A stretch of DNA of 64,000 bases from a virus, in IMG/VR virus record IMGVR_UViG_3300021138_000014, positions 1 through 64,000 of that record, one strand, 5' to 3'. Under the pieces are notes generated by a model, which worked only from the letters and a program-made list of their open reading frames with translations, made no database searches and was not told the DNA's origin. This document shows, in pieces, positions 6,568 to 15,516 of the stretch. The stretch's first letter is position 1. Each line of letters opens with the position of its first letter. A program made the translations under genes and the position numbers.

Positions 6568-7285
6568 AAGTCGGAGAGCGCAAAGCGTTCACGACTTTGA
6601 GACATGGGTAGCGGAAGGAGTAGTGCCGACATTGAATGCATTCGAGAATAACGGAGACACACGAGCAACAGTTCTTGTGTTTTACAGCGGTACGTTTGGT
6701 GAAGTAAGAATTCAGGGAAAGGTGATTAATACGTTGCCAGCAAAAATGGGTACAGGCGGTAATAACACACCGATGGCTGTCTATCCGATTCAGGATGGTC
6801 GCGAGATGGAGAAGAAACAAAACGGTCTTGGTTTAGGAGAAGATTCTGCACCTGCTTACACAGTTGATACAACTGGTGGGCAAGCGGTAGCGTATCCAAT
6901 CCAAGGAACGATGGTTGGTCGTAGTGATACGGCTGGCCCTAATGGAAAAGGTTATGGGGATGTTCAAGATCCCATGTTCACTATGGATACTGTTGGAGGT
7001 AATGCTGTGGCAATGGTTGGTAACTTTGAGCTTTACGACTTTCCAAAGGAAGAAGTATCACCAAGCCTCAACGCCCGGCGGGCAAAGGACACGATGGTAT
7101 ATGAAGATGTGCCGTCAATGGTTCGCCGCCTAACTCCTATGGAGTGCGAACGCCTTCAAGGATTCCCAGATAACTGGACAGAAATCGGATCCGATTCTCA
7201 ACGTTACAAGCAAATGGGTAATGCTGTTGCTGTGCCTGTTGTTGAGTGGATCATTAATCGGTTAGTGGAGGTCAATAACAGATGA
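6545..7285 (+). CDS. C5 cytosine DNA methyltransferase, C-terminal polypeptide (TRD-like repeats, motifs IX-X)
   Basis: RRLTPMECERLQGFPD, RYKQMGNAVAVPVV; AGGA RBS. Confidence 0.88.
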   Translation: MVTSWWVKSRRAQSVHDFETWVAEGVVPTLNAFENNGDTRATVLVFYSGTFGEVRIQGKVINTLPAKMGTGGNNTPMAVYPIQDGREMEKKQNGLGLGEDSAPAYTVDTTGGQAVAYPIQGTMVGRSDTAGPNGKGYGDVQDPMFTMDTVGGNAVAMVGNFELYDFPKEEVSPSLNARRAKDTMVYEDVPSMVRRLTPMECERLQGFPDNWTEIGSDSQRYKQMGNAVAVPVVEWIINRLVEVNNR

Positions 7286-7431
7286 CACTAGCAACATTTA
7301 TTTACTGGACGATCCTGTTGGGAACGTACTACATCTTTGCAATTGGAATTTACATAATCTTGCGATTAACTGGTATTACCAAGTTATTCCCTCAACCAGT
7401 ACAGGCGGTGCTACATGATCTCTTCTTCTAA
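7282..7431 (+). CDS. 49-aa membrane peptide (MTLATFIYWTILLG...)
   Basis: Read manually; GGAGG RBS, ATGA overlap, hydrophobic. Confidence 0.6.
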   Translation: MTLATFIYWTILLGTYYIFAIGIYIILRLTGITKLFPQPVQAVLHDLFF

Positions 7432-7771
7432 ATACGATTACGCAGTTCATGATCTATTGGGTAAACCGATCACTATTGCTGAATGGGTCAAACTTACCAA
7501 AAACCCATGGAGCAAGGAAAACTACGTGGGACCTAATCGCGTTCTCACTATATGGACAGGTGTGGATGCCCCAGATTATGATCCAAACAATGAGCGCATG
7601 ACTAAGACCAGCCGGGTACCTGAGATCCCCATGATCTATGTAACTTACGCGTGGAATGCTGACCTTCGGATCACCCATAGCAAGCGCTACAAGAGTATGC
7701 ATGATGCCGAACTTGGACACGCACGAGTGCTCGAACTATTGAGCAAGTCGCTAGCACTAGTGACAGTCTGA
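7415..7771 (+). CDS. hypothetical protein
   Basis: ORF; VLTIWTGVD...RYKS..DAELGH pattern. Confidence 0.65.
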   Translation: MISSSKYDYAVHDLLGKPITIAEWVKLTKNPWSKENYVGPNRVLTIWTGVDAPDYDPNNERMTKTSRVPEIPMIYVTYAWNADLRITHSKRYKSMHDAELGHARVLELLSKSLALVTV

Positions 7772-7786
7772 TAAACTCCGACCATG
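7772..7786 (+). promoter_or_regulatory. leaderless promoter (-10 TAAACT-N6-ATG)
   Basis: TAAACT CCGACC ATG, no SD. Confidence 0.55.
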
Positions 7787-8179
7787 GCTAATCTAAATAC
7801 TAATCATCTAAACATCACATTCAAGTTGCCAGCACGTGAGGATAACGACAACCGTCGCCTCTTTACCTTTAACGTGATCCGCAACGATGAGCGCAATGGT
7901 AAATGGCTCGCTGCTGTTATCGCTGCTGACGTTGACAATCGTCCTGAAACTATTGGTGCATCTTCATGGTCTAACGCAGCTCCAGCAAAGCGTTGGTGTG
8001 AGAATATTGTAGGACGTAAAATCGACTGGGTATCCAGCGACGACGGTAAGTTCGCCACCGCTAGCGTAGAACTTGACTACGAGCATGCCCCACTTATGGA
8101 AAACGTATCAATCCCAGAATCAGAAGGAACTGCGTACCAAGAAAATGTAATCGAAGACGCAGAAATAGTGGAGGAATAA
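7784..8179 (+). CDS. hypothetical protein (paralog of 8179-8394)
   Basis: Shared SW..A..AK.....VG.K..WV motif. Confidence 0.75.
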   Translation: MANLNTNHLNITFKLPAREDNDNRRLFTFNVIRNDERNGKWLAAVIAADVDNRPETIGASSWSNAAPAKRWCENIVGRKIDWVSSDDGKFATASVELDYEHAPLMENVSIPESEGTAYQENVIEDAEIVEE

Positions 8180-8394
8180 TGGCTAAGAAAATATACACAT
8201 TCAAACTCGATAAGAACCCACTTGATGGTGGAGGCTTCATGCTTCATATCCATGTGGATGGCGTAGAAAACACAACAGCATGGAAGTCTGCACCAAAGGC
8301 TAAGAAGCACGCGGCGGCCGCTGTTGGTAAGAAATTCGTTCGTTGGGTAGAAGTAACTGAGGGCGAGAAGTTCACCGCTGAGGGTTCTTTCTAG
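8179..8394 (+). CDS. hypothetical protein (paralog of 7784-8179)
   Basis: GGAGG RBS, TAATG coupling. Confidence 0.75.
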   Translation: MAKKIYTFKLDKNPLDGGGFMLHIHVDGVENTTAWKSAPKAKKHAAAAVGKKFVRWVEVTEGEKFTAEGSF

Positions 8395-8400
8395 TACTTA

Positions 8401-9243
8401 ATGAACATGCAAGATTGGTTTCTTTATGGAACCAAAAGAAAATTTATTAGCACCGAGGTCGATTACAGTCTCTGTAATATGGGGATTAGATTAGTCGAAG
8501 ACCCCGGTGCTAATTCTTTTTACACCCTGGATCCAAGTGATTCTACGTATACAGCTATTCGTGGATCACGTAAGTGGGCATCTTATGGTGCAGAGCGGGG
8601 CTGGTTACTTCAAGTCGGCTGCATGAAACATGAGTTACTTGAATGCCATGGACGAGTGTTGCAAAGCGAAAGCGAAATCGTACCAATGGATTTGGATTAT
8701 GTATCTGATGTGTTCCTTGCCGAGTATGAACGTGAAGCTGAGGAACTTGGTATTAAAACTGGTGGTTGGTCTAATTCAGTAAACAAGAATGAGGTTGGGT
8801 ATCTTGCCTCACACATAGCTGATGCTCAACGCCTGATCGATGAAGCATGGTCTATGCGTGTGGCTCATACGTTTATTGATATTGGTTGCGGACTTGGGTT
8901 GCCTTTAGCGCTAGCACAAGAGGATGGTCGTTATGCTGCGATTGTTGGTGTGGAACATGATATTAATATTCTCAGCAATTGCGTGGATAATGCTCCGTAT
9001 GCTGAGTTACTTCGTGAAGATGCGAGCACATTTAAATTGCGTGGCAATTACCCAAAGCATATATATTTGTATAGCCCGTTTAGCAATCAAGTATTTATTA
9101 ATTTTATGGACAACAATGTGAATCATATAAAGTCTACTGGTTCCATTATTTTGTACAACAACAGTTACGCCGTCAATCATTTGATGCCATTGTACGGTTT
9201 CAATTCCCGTCATATCGATGGGATATCTAGCATTTATTATTGA
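8401..9243 (+). CDS. class I SAM-dependent methyltransferase-domain protein
   Basis: FIDIGCGLG, IVGVEHD, EDAST, YLYSPF in C-terminal half. Confidence 0.7.
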   Translation: MNMQDWFLYGTKRKFISTEVDYSLCNMGIRLVEDPGANSFYTLDPSDSTYTAIRGSRKWASYGAERGWLLQVGCMKHELLECHGRVLQSESEIVPMDLDYVSDVFLAEYEREAEELGIKTGGWSNSVNKNEVGYLASHIADAQRLIDEAWSMRVAHTFIDIGCGLGLPLALAQEDGRYAAIVGVEHDINILSNCVDNAPYAELLREDASTFKLRGNYPKHIYLYSPFSNQVFINFMDNNVNHIKSTGSIILYNNSYAVNHLMPLYGFNSRHIDGISSIYY

Positions 9244-9356
9244 TCGTTGTCTACCTGCGAAACTTCACCACGACAGATGAAACAAAAGTTCTGGTTAGAC
9301 TCATACTCAGCCTCAACCTCAATAGCATCTTTACAAATAAAGCAGTGTGTTGTCAT
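9237..9356 (-). CDS. 39-aa zinc-finger protein (MTTHCFICKD...FCFICRG)
   Basis: Read manually; two CFIC motifs; ATGA overlap with oxygenase stop. Confidence 0.6.
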   Translation of the reverse strand: MTTHCFICKDAIEVEAEYESNQNFCFICRGEVSQVDNDQ

Positions 9357-9943
9357 TTTGCGCTCCTTGAATAGTAGTCCCGAGACTTATCAGTAGTAAA
9401 GCATAGATTAAGTAAAAACTTTTCGCCCTTAGTAACTTTGCGAGCGCCATGGTTATACGCGTAGTTCTTGGGTGGAAACATCACTATGGATCCGCGCTTG
9501 TTCTTTTGCTCTAGCCCCAACTCTGGAAAGTAAAGCTCTCCGCCCTCAAAGTCGTCGTTGAAGTAGGCGACAATTACCAACTCATCTGAAACATGGTTAG
9601 CGGTGACTATGTCTGAATGTGCTTCTAGATCCGACCCGGTAAGGGAGTGGGTCGCATAGATCTCATGAAGGTACAGTCCAGTTGTATAGGGGGCAACCAG
9701 TTTTACTACGTCGTCTATGGCGTCAGAAAATAGTAGGCTTTTAGGGGAGTTATAAATAAACCTCAACCCGTTTTTAGTTTTGAAATCAAATAGTTCTTCT
9801 GCTTGACCATGCTTGAACCAACGAACGAATAGCTCGCACAGTTCTGGTGGTACAACGTTATCTACGGTAACAACACGATTGACCCCATCCCAATTTGAGA
9901 CGGGGTCAACCCATTGTTGATAACTGTATTCGATGATTACTAT
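9353..9943 (-). CDS. 2OG-Fe(II) oxygenase (prolyl-4-hydroxylase-like); start uncertain
   Basis: HSD...YFNDDFEGGELYF...NHGARKV..GEK; frame is open upstream of the TTG at 9766 as far as the nrdJ stop. Confidence 0.75.
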   Translation of the reverse strand: MVIIEYSYQQWVDPVSNWDGVNRVVTVDNVVPPELCELFVRWFKHGQAEELFDFKTKNGLRFIYNSPKSLLFSDAIDDVVKLVAPYTTGLYLHEIYATHSLTGSDLEAHSDIVTANHVSDELVIVAYFNDDFEGGELYFPELGLEQKNKRGSIVMFPPKNYAYNHGARKVTKGEKFLLNLCFTTDKSRDYYSRSAK

Positions 9944-11970
9944 GCGTTCTTGATTAGTTTGATTTCACAAGCATCGGTTGTGCAGTATGCCTCTCCGATA
10001 GCATCGGATGCCATTCCTGCGTACACTCCAGCGAAATCGATTGGGAATAACTTCATAGTAGCGTCTTCATATTCTTCTGCGGTGATCTGCGTATATGGCA
10101 TTTGCAGGTAGGTCTCGTTCCCCATCGGTAGGAAGGAAACGGTTTTGAGCTTCCCGTCAAACATATGTAAGGTTTTTCCAACTGCGTTTTTTTCCGTCTT
10201 TGCGTTAAAGGATACAGTTACAGAAACCGAGTTGTCTGACCATTCGTACTGAGCGGTCGCCGCAAGATTAACCTTTTCATAAATGGAAACGTCTTTCTCT
10301 GAGCGCTTAGCCATCGACTTGATCGGGAAGAACACGACAGAGGTTGTCTCTGGTGATTCTGCAGCTGGCTCTACACGATAGTTAGCCATCTTAAATAGCG
10401 GAAGCATAGGATCGTCGTTTCCAAAACGAATTGCACGATCGAAGTACTCTCCACCCGGTGTCCAATGAACCCCTGGACTTTCACCTGCAAGGATCGATAC
10501 TGTTCCTGAAGGCTTGATGGTTGTGGTTTTAATTGATTCACGAATTCCAAGCCACTCTGAGTAACCCTGATCGTAATTCTTAATAACCTTGTAACCGTCA
10601 TCCATCCACTTACGAAGTACTGGCAAACCATGGATATCTGAGAAGTTAGCAACTCCAGACATCGAAGTTCCAATACGACGGTTTCGTTGCATGATCGCGT
10701 TGGTTTCTTCCCAGTGAGTAGGAAGCAAGGTGACAGTCTTTGCGTATAGATAAGCAAATTTCAATGTGCGCTTGTAGTCTTCAATGCTTTCGTGACGATT
10801 GAGGTATGTCTCAACGAGCGTACACATTTCGTAGGACTCTAGTGACTGCTCAGCGCAAGGGTTGTATCCCGATACACGCCAGTCCTTGTTATTGACTGGA
10901 TCCTTGAGGCGACCATAGGCACGAGTAACGTCCATCCAAACCACACCCGGCTCACCGTTGATCGAGATGTTGTCAACGATCTTGGATAGGTCATCGCCCA
11001 CGTTAGCAATAACAGAGTTATTGGACATCCATGCCCAACCCGGCTCCTTCTTACTGTATGAGTTGCGCTCTGGGAACACCTTGGCGTTCTTGAGGTTGAG
11101 GAAGTTCTCGTCGTCTAAACGACCAAGCAACAGTTCAGCCGAACGGCGCACGTTACCTGAAACCACGCAGACACCGATCATGTTTCCAATATCAGCGATG
11201 TCTACTCGAGTCAGTGTTGTACCAGCGCGACCCTTGAACATCTTGCGTATATGGTTATGAAGTTTTAAGAGGGGTTCGTGTCCTGCGGCTGTTCCGCCGA
11301 AGGTTTTGATTGGGGTGCCTGCTGGCCTAATTTCGCTGTAACTATAGACTGGAGCCTTCGTATCTGGCTTGAGGTGAGCATTGATGAGAGCTCCGACGGA
11401 ATCAACCCATCCTTCTCTGGTGTCGGGGATGACATATGTTTCTCCTTCTGTAGGTTCGTAAATAGTGAAGTCTTTGTCTGCGCCCTTATCGTCGAACCCG
11501 ACGCCGACGCCCAACATGGAGGCTTCCATGAGGAATTCAAATGGCTTGGCTGGATCGTTCTTAGTCATCGAACCAGTCGATACGAACGCACAGTTCTGAA
11601 GCGCCGCTGAGTTCTTTTGCTCATTAACAATCTGGGTACCCATGACCCAAAGCCCACGACCGGGAGGTGACCACTTCAGGTGGAACAGGCGATCGAATGC
11701 TTCCTTGGCTGAGGCTTGAGCCTTCGAGTCATTCCAAGGTAGGCGGTTAGATTTACAGTGATCCTTCTGCAGGGAGTACATGCCGTTGATCACTCGCTCG
11801 CAAACGTCTACCCAAGTCTCCTTGGTTCCGTCCTGCTTGAGCCGGGAATAGGTTCTTAAAAATGTAATCTCGCCGACTGAATTACCAGCGGCGTCTTGAT
11901 AACCCCAAGGTACTTTCTTTGACTTGTAACCTGAAACAAATTCTTCTGCCAAACGAAAGCTGAGGTTCAT
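9940..11970 (-). CDS. nrdJ: class II (B12-dependent) ribonucleoside-triphosphate reductase
   Basis: RTYSR, PPGRGLW, NCAF, GNVRRSA, NPCAEQ, KPSGTVS, C-terminal CTTDAC. Confidence 0.95.
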   Translation of the reverse strand: MNLSFRLAEEFVSGYKSKKVPWGYQDAAGNSVGEITFLRTYSRLKQDGTKETWVDVCERVINGMYSLQKDHCKSNRLPWNDSKAQASAKEAFDRLFHLKWSPPGRGLWVMGTQIVNEQKNSAALQNCAFVSTGSMTKNDPAKPFEFLMEASMLGVGVGFDDKGADKDFTIYEPTEGETYVIPDTREGWVDSVGALINAHLKPDTKAPVYSYSEIRPAGTPIKTFGGTAAGHEPLLKLHNHIRKMFKGRAGTTLTRVDIADIGNMIGVCVVSGNVRRSAELLLGRLDDENFLNLKNAKVFPERNSYSKKEPGWAWMSNNSVIANVGDDLSKIVDNISINGEPGVVWMDVTRAYGRLKDPVNNKDWRVSGYNPCAEQSLESYEMCTLVETYLNRHESIEDYKRTLKFAYLYAKTVTLLPTHWEETNAIMQRNRRIGTSMSGVANFSDIHGLPVLRKWMDDGYKVIKNYDQGYSEWLGIRESIKTTTIKPSGTVSILAGESPGVHWTPGGEYFDRAIRFGNDDPMLPLFKMANYRVEPAAESPETTSVVFFPIKSMAKRSEKDVSIYEKVNLAATAQYEWSDNSVSVTVSFNAKTEKNAVGKTLHMFDGKLKTVSFLPMGNETYLQMPYTQITAEEYEDATMKLFPIDFAGVYAGMASDAIGEAYCTTDACEIKLIKNA

Positions 11971-11990
11971 GTGTGCTCCTAAATTAAAAT

Positions 11991-12006
11991 TCCCGCTTTG
12001 GCGGGA
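11991..12006. other. hairpin in nrdJ leader
   Basis: TCCCGC-TTTG-GCGGGA inverted repeat. Confidence 0.5.
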
Positions 12007-12083
12007 GGACGATTAGTTTACTGAAACGTAGTCTGCTGGGGGAAGTCAATCCAAGTGGGTTTTACCACTTCTATAATATATAA

Positions 12084-13535
12084 CTACTCTTCTATAACTC
12101 CTTTAATTATCTGGGTAGTTTGCTCTTCTGTTAGTCCTCCATTAGGTATTTCGTTTAGATTTTTAGCCTTCTCTCCAAAGATCTGTGACAGTACGCCAGC
12201 ACTTCCCTGACGTTCAACAGTCATCCTAATAAACTCTCTTGAATCGTCCAATTCCTTAACAATTTTGAGTAACTTAAAGAGGCGATCAACCTCTTGGGAA
12301 AGGTTTGGATCAGCGTAGCCGCCGTTCAGTTCTTCCGCAAACCGCATAAAAGCAACGCGCTGGGCTTGCATTTCAACCATTGCATTGATTAAACTCTTAA
12401 GTTGATCTTTAGTCTTTACCGCAACTGGTAATTTAAATGAGCACACAGATTGAGGTTTAAAAGCGGGGCAATTAGCTGCAACAAAACATGTATCGCATAC
12501 ACGCAAACTGACCTGCTGTGAGTGTACGGTCTGTACATCTTTGATGGTTCCGTCTTCATCAATTTCAGTTTTTACTTCGTAACCGAATACTGGTAAGTTG
12601 CCCATTTCAGCCTCTTCACGAGCCAAAAGTTTCCGCATCTCTACCCCTTTCCTATCATGTATTTGAGGGGTAGTTTCCACATAATCCTCACCTAGTGGAT
12701 CATCAAAACTATCATGATAGGAGTTCTTATCCATGGTCATCCTTTGTTCTAATTGGTCAAATGACCATAGTGCCAAACGACAAACCTCTTGGGCGTCGTC
12801 TTCCATAATCAAATCAAAATTTAAACCCGCTTTTTCAATTGTATTTTTATGTCTAGATCGGGCTTGCTCTTTCATGTCTTTTGGGTACCGTACAAGGCGG
12901 TTGTTATCCCAAAGAATAGTTTCCCCGTTCATCATAGGCGATAGCCATGACAGGGTTGTAGCGCTCTGTAGGGGCACCTGACGGGTGTTATCTGGGCGGG
13001 CTATACCCAACCCATGAAAACGCGTCCCGTCGACTCTAGCGTGCGTCTGAGTGGCTCCAGCAAGCCATGTAGCGCTCTCTAGGGAGTCTCCTGAGATGCC
13101 AATGTCTAGGTACTTGGATGTAAGATCAGCAAGACCTCGTTGCCCAGTTTCTGGGCGCCAAACGGGAAGGAACTTTGACGGGGGGAGTTCTGCCCAAACT
13201 GTGTCTCGTTGGTTCTGGACAAAGTCTTTGCTTATCTGTGAGTGATCAACCTCGGTGTAACGATAAATGGCGTCGATATTCTCAACCACAAACTCTTCGT
13301 AATTGGCGGCAAATTCTTCCAATTCATCCTTACCAAGTAGTTGCTTGCGAGGAATTCCAGGGTGTACAAAGACCTTTACCTCTGGCTCAAAATAGTTTTC
13401 AATTAAGTATGCCTTGGTTTTTGGTAAACCACGCTTCACTAAACGCCAATAACTCAATCCCATATATTGGACATTGGCTGATCCTAGAAGTAGGCGATTA
13501 GAGGGTACCTCAGCACCCAAGTAAATAAATTCCAT
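12084..13535 (-). CDS. TGT/DpdA-like TIM-barrel (degenerate active site) fused to Cys4 and helical C-terminal region
   Basis: PVWR, IGISG, RFHGLG, SATTLSW..P..NGET pattern; CDTC-x5-C-x8-C. Confidence 0.5.
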   Translation of the reverse strand: MEFIYLGAEVPSNRLLLGSANVQYMGLSYWRLVKRGLPKTKAYLIENYFEPEVKVFVHPGIPRKQLLGKDELEEFAANYEEFVVENIDAIYRYTEVDHSQISKDFVQNQRDTVWAELPPSKFLPVWRPETGQRGLADLTSKYLDIGISGDSLESATWLAGATQTHARVDGTRFHGLGIARPDNTRQVPLQSATTLSWLSPMMNGETILWDNNRLVRYPKDMKEQARSRHKNTIEKAGLNFDLIMEDDAQEVCRLALWSFDQLEQRMTMDKNSYHDSFDDPLGEDYVETTPQIHDRKGVEMRKLLAREEAEMGNLPVFGYEVKTEIDEDGTIKDVQTVHSQQVSLRVCDTCFVAANCPAFKPQSVCSFKLPVAVKTKDQLKSLINAMVEMQAQRVAFMRFAEELNGGYADPNLSQEVDRLFKLLKIVKELDDSREFIRMTVERQGSAGVLSQIFGEKAKNLNEIPNGGLTEEQTTQIIKGVIEE

Positions 13536-13994
13536 TTATTGAACGCGCTTGTCTTCTAACAGTAGATCATCTTGGCGATCAAGTTCTGCCTTGATATCCG
13601 CCCAACTTTTTTTGCCCTCTCGACTATCAGGACGAAACTTGTGATCCAAATAGGTTGGCTCCAAAAACATTAAAACCCTGAAACCAGCATTGAGTAACCG
13701 GGTGGATAGATCTAAGTCTGCTGTGATTACATAGTCAACGGGACCTTGCGAACGAATGTAATCCGCCGCACGAAATTCCCAATCAGCTGCGGGGGCTGGG
13801 ACATTTTTGTCTACAATGTTGTCAATCTTGCCAAGTTTATTTTCACGCAACCACTGATCGGTTAAGGCTTTGTCTTCACCAATAATAACAACGCTTTGAA
13901 CTTGCTGTAGTACACGGAACAACTTTAACCCAGAAGGAATTGCGACGCGCTTTTGATTTCTCAATACGCCATCCATGTATAAAACAATTGCCAC
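13536..13994 (-). CDS. HAD-like fold protein (degenerate motif I)
   Basis: IVLYMDGVL (DxD first Asp replaced), QWLREN. Confidence 0.5.
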   Translation of the reverse strand: MAIVLYMDGVLRNQKRVAIPSGLKLFRVLQQVQSVVIIGEDKALTDQWLRENKLGKIDNIVDKNVPAPAADWEFRAADYIRSQGPVDYVITADLDLSTRLLNAGFRVLMFLEPTYLDHKFRPDSREGKKSWADIKAELDRQDDLLLEDKRVQ

Positions 13995-14020
13995 GATTTA
14001 ATTCTCCAGTATCTCTAAGA

Positions 14021-14953
14021 TTAAAAGTCTCTAGTTGCTGCTCTTCTGATTAAGGTGGATACGTCCGGTAACTCTATACCATATGTGGCTGACGCAAAAT
14101 CCTTTTGAGCGGCGTCCTCCAGCTCCTTTAACTTGGCGAGCGCTTGAACCACACCTGAGGCTTTGCCCTCTTGCCAACGGTAGTTTGCGTAATCTAAGTA
14201 ACCCTCGCCAGATTCACTAAACGCGTAACTTCTACTTCCATGGATATCGTTATATAGTGCTACGCCTTGACTGATTGCAAGTTTTAATGCGCGTTCCGCA
14301 TTAACTCTTGCTGCTGGATTAGTAGCGTTATGGATCTGATCAAGAGCTACGCCGTAGCGAACTATAATTTCAGCCGCCATAGTTTTATCGCGGTCAATCT
14401 TTTTATCGAACTCTGGATTAGGGAGTGCTTCATCCATAGTAGGCGCCACCGACCAATCATCGCTGATTAATGAATACGCAGCATAAGGCTTGATCTTTCT
14501 GATGTCTGTTTGGACATTCACATAAAATGTAAGTTCGAAGGCGCCCATGTAGTCAGCCGTTTGTGGCCATAATGACAAACGGAATAACTGGTTGAACATG
14601 CTGGAAATTTCTTTATCGCTCAAACCTTTGTAAAGTTCGTTAGCCATTCTAAACTTTGGATATTGAATACCTACTAGGCAGTCTAGATCTCCCGGTGTGC
14701 GATCGGCGGCCCATTGGTGTGAAACTCCAGAACCTGCTAGCCAAACGTAAGACCAGTCAGCGGGTGACGTAAAGTGCTCTTCTAAAAAGTTAAACAGGGT
14801 TGCAAGTATTCCCTCGCGAACTGAGGGAATTAACTTTTGATTGCGAAATAAGCGGGGGTCAAGTATTACCTGAGGCTTACTAAAATATGAGGTGGATGAA
14901 GGACTTATACCGACAGGTTGAGCCTTAGAGGCAAGGGCGTCGTATAGATCCAT
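14021..14953 (-). CDS. nucleotidyltransferase (Pol-beta superfamily)
   Basis: LAGSGVS...GDLDCLV, ELTFYV, AYSL..DDW. Confidence 0.7.
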   Translation of the reverse strand: MDLYDALASKAQPVGISPSSTSYFSKPQVILDPRLFRNQKLIPSVREGILATLFNFLEEHFTSPADWSYVWLAGSGVSHQWAADRTPGDLDCLVGIQYPKFRMANELYKGLSDKEISSMFNQLFRLSLWPQTADYMGAFELTFYVNVQTDIRKIKPYAAYSLISDDWSVAPTMDEALPNPEFDKKIDRDKTMAAEIIVRYGVALDQIHNATNPAARVNAERALKLAISQGVALYNDIHGSRSYAFSESGEGYLDYANYRWQEGKASGVVQALAKLKELEDAAQKDFASATYGIELPDVSTLIRRAATRDF

Positions 14954-14965
14954 ACACCTATTGTA
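14951..14965 (-). promoter_or_regulatory. leaderless promoter (-10 TACAAT-N6-ATG)
   Basis: TACAAT AGGTGT ATG on minus strand. Confidence 0.6.
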
Positions 14966-14969
14966 TTAC

Positions 14970-15515
14970 TTATTCGGCGTACTGTTCTAGCGTAATGAAA
15001 GGACCTGAGGTATAAACATCAAGTTTAGAAGCAATGTCCAAAGCTTTGTTTATTTTTGCTCCTGCATGAAGGGCACCAAGTGCATACGCCGCACCATTTC
15101 CAACCCCGTAAAATCCTGAATCTGTTCGACAAACTGAAAGGTCATCTCCTACGTCAAATAATTGACCATTTACAGCAATAATAAAGTTAAAACGCTGACC
15201 TGAATCCGACTCTTGCTTTTCATCAAAATTATATCCTCCTGCTTTTAAACACTCACGAAGTGACGGCATGGCTTTAGTAATCATAAAATGATGAATGTCT
15301 AATTTATCTTTGGCGGTAACACGTGGCGGGATCCACGTGTGCTGAGCAAGATCGCATGGTTGAACCTCTCCACTGCCCGCAATTAAAAATGCACCGCGTT
15401 CACTTATTTTTGCCATATCCTTGTGACGATAGATGCGACCAGTCTCGCTGGTAACTTGGTTATCTGCCCCAATTACGCAATGATCTTCGTATTGCACTGC
15501 TACGATTGTGGTCAT
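14970..15515 (-). CDS. Ntn-hydrolase threonine peptidase (HslV/proteasome-beta-like)
   Basis: MTTIVAV, GADNQVT, KI, GVGNGAAYALGAL, DVYTSG. Confidence 0.85.
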   Translation of the reverse strand: MTTIVAVQYEDHCVIGADNQVTSETGRIYRHKDMAKISERGAFLIAGSGEVQPCDLAQHTWIPPRVTAKDKLDIHHFMITKAMPSLRECLKAGGYNFDEKQESDSGQRFNFIIAVNGQLFDVGDDLSVCRTDSGFYGVGNGAAYALGALHAGAKINKALDIASKLDVYTSGPFITLEQYAE

Positions 15516-15516
15516 T

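Noticed and set aside
11971-12083. NrdR box or cobalamin riboswitch upstream of nrdJ
   Set aside because: No convincing NrdR consensus; region too short and lacks B12-box motifs; only a simple hairpin is visible
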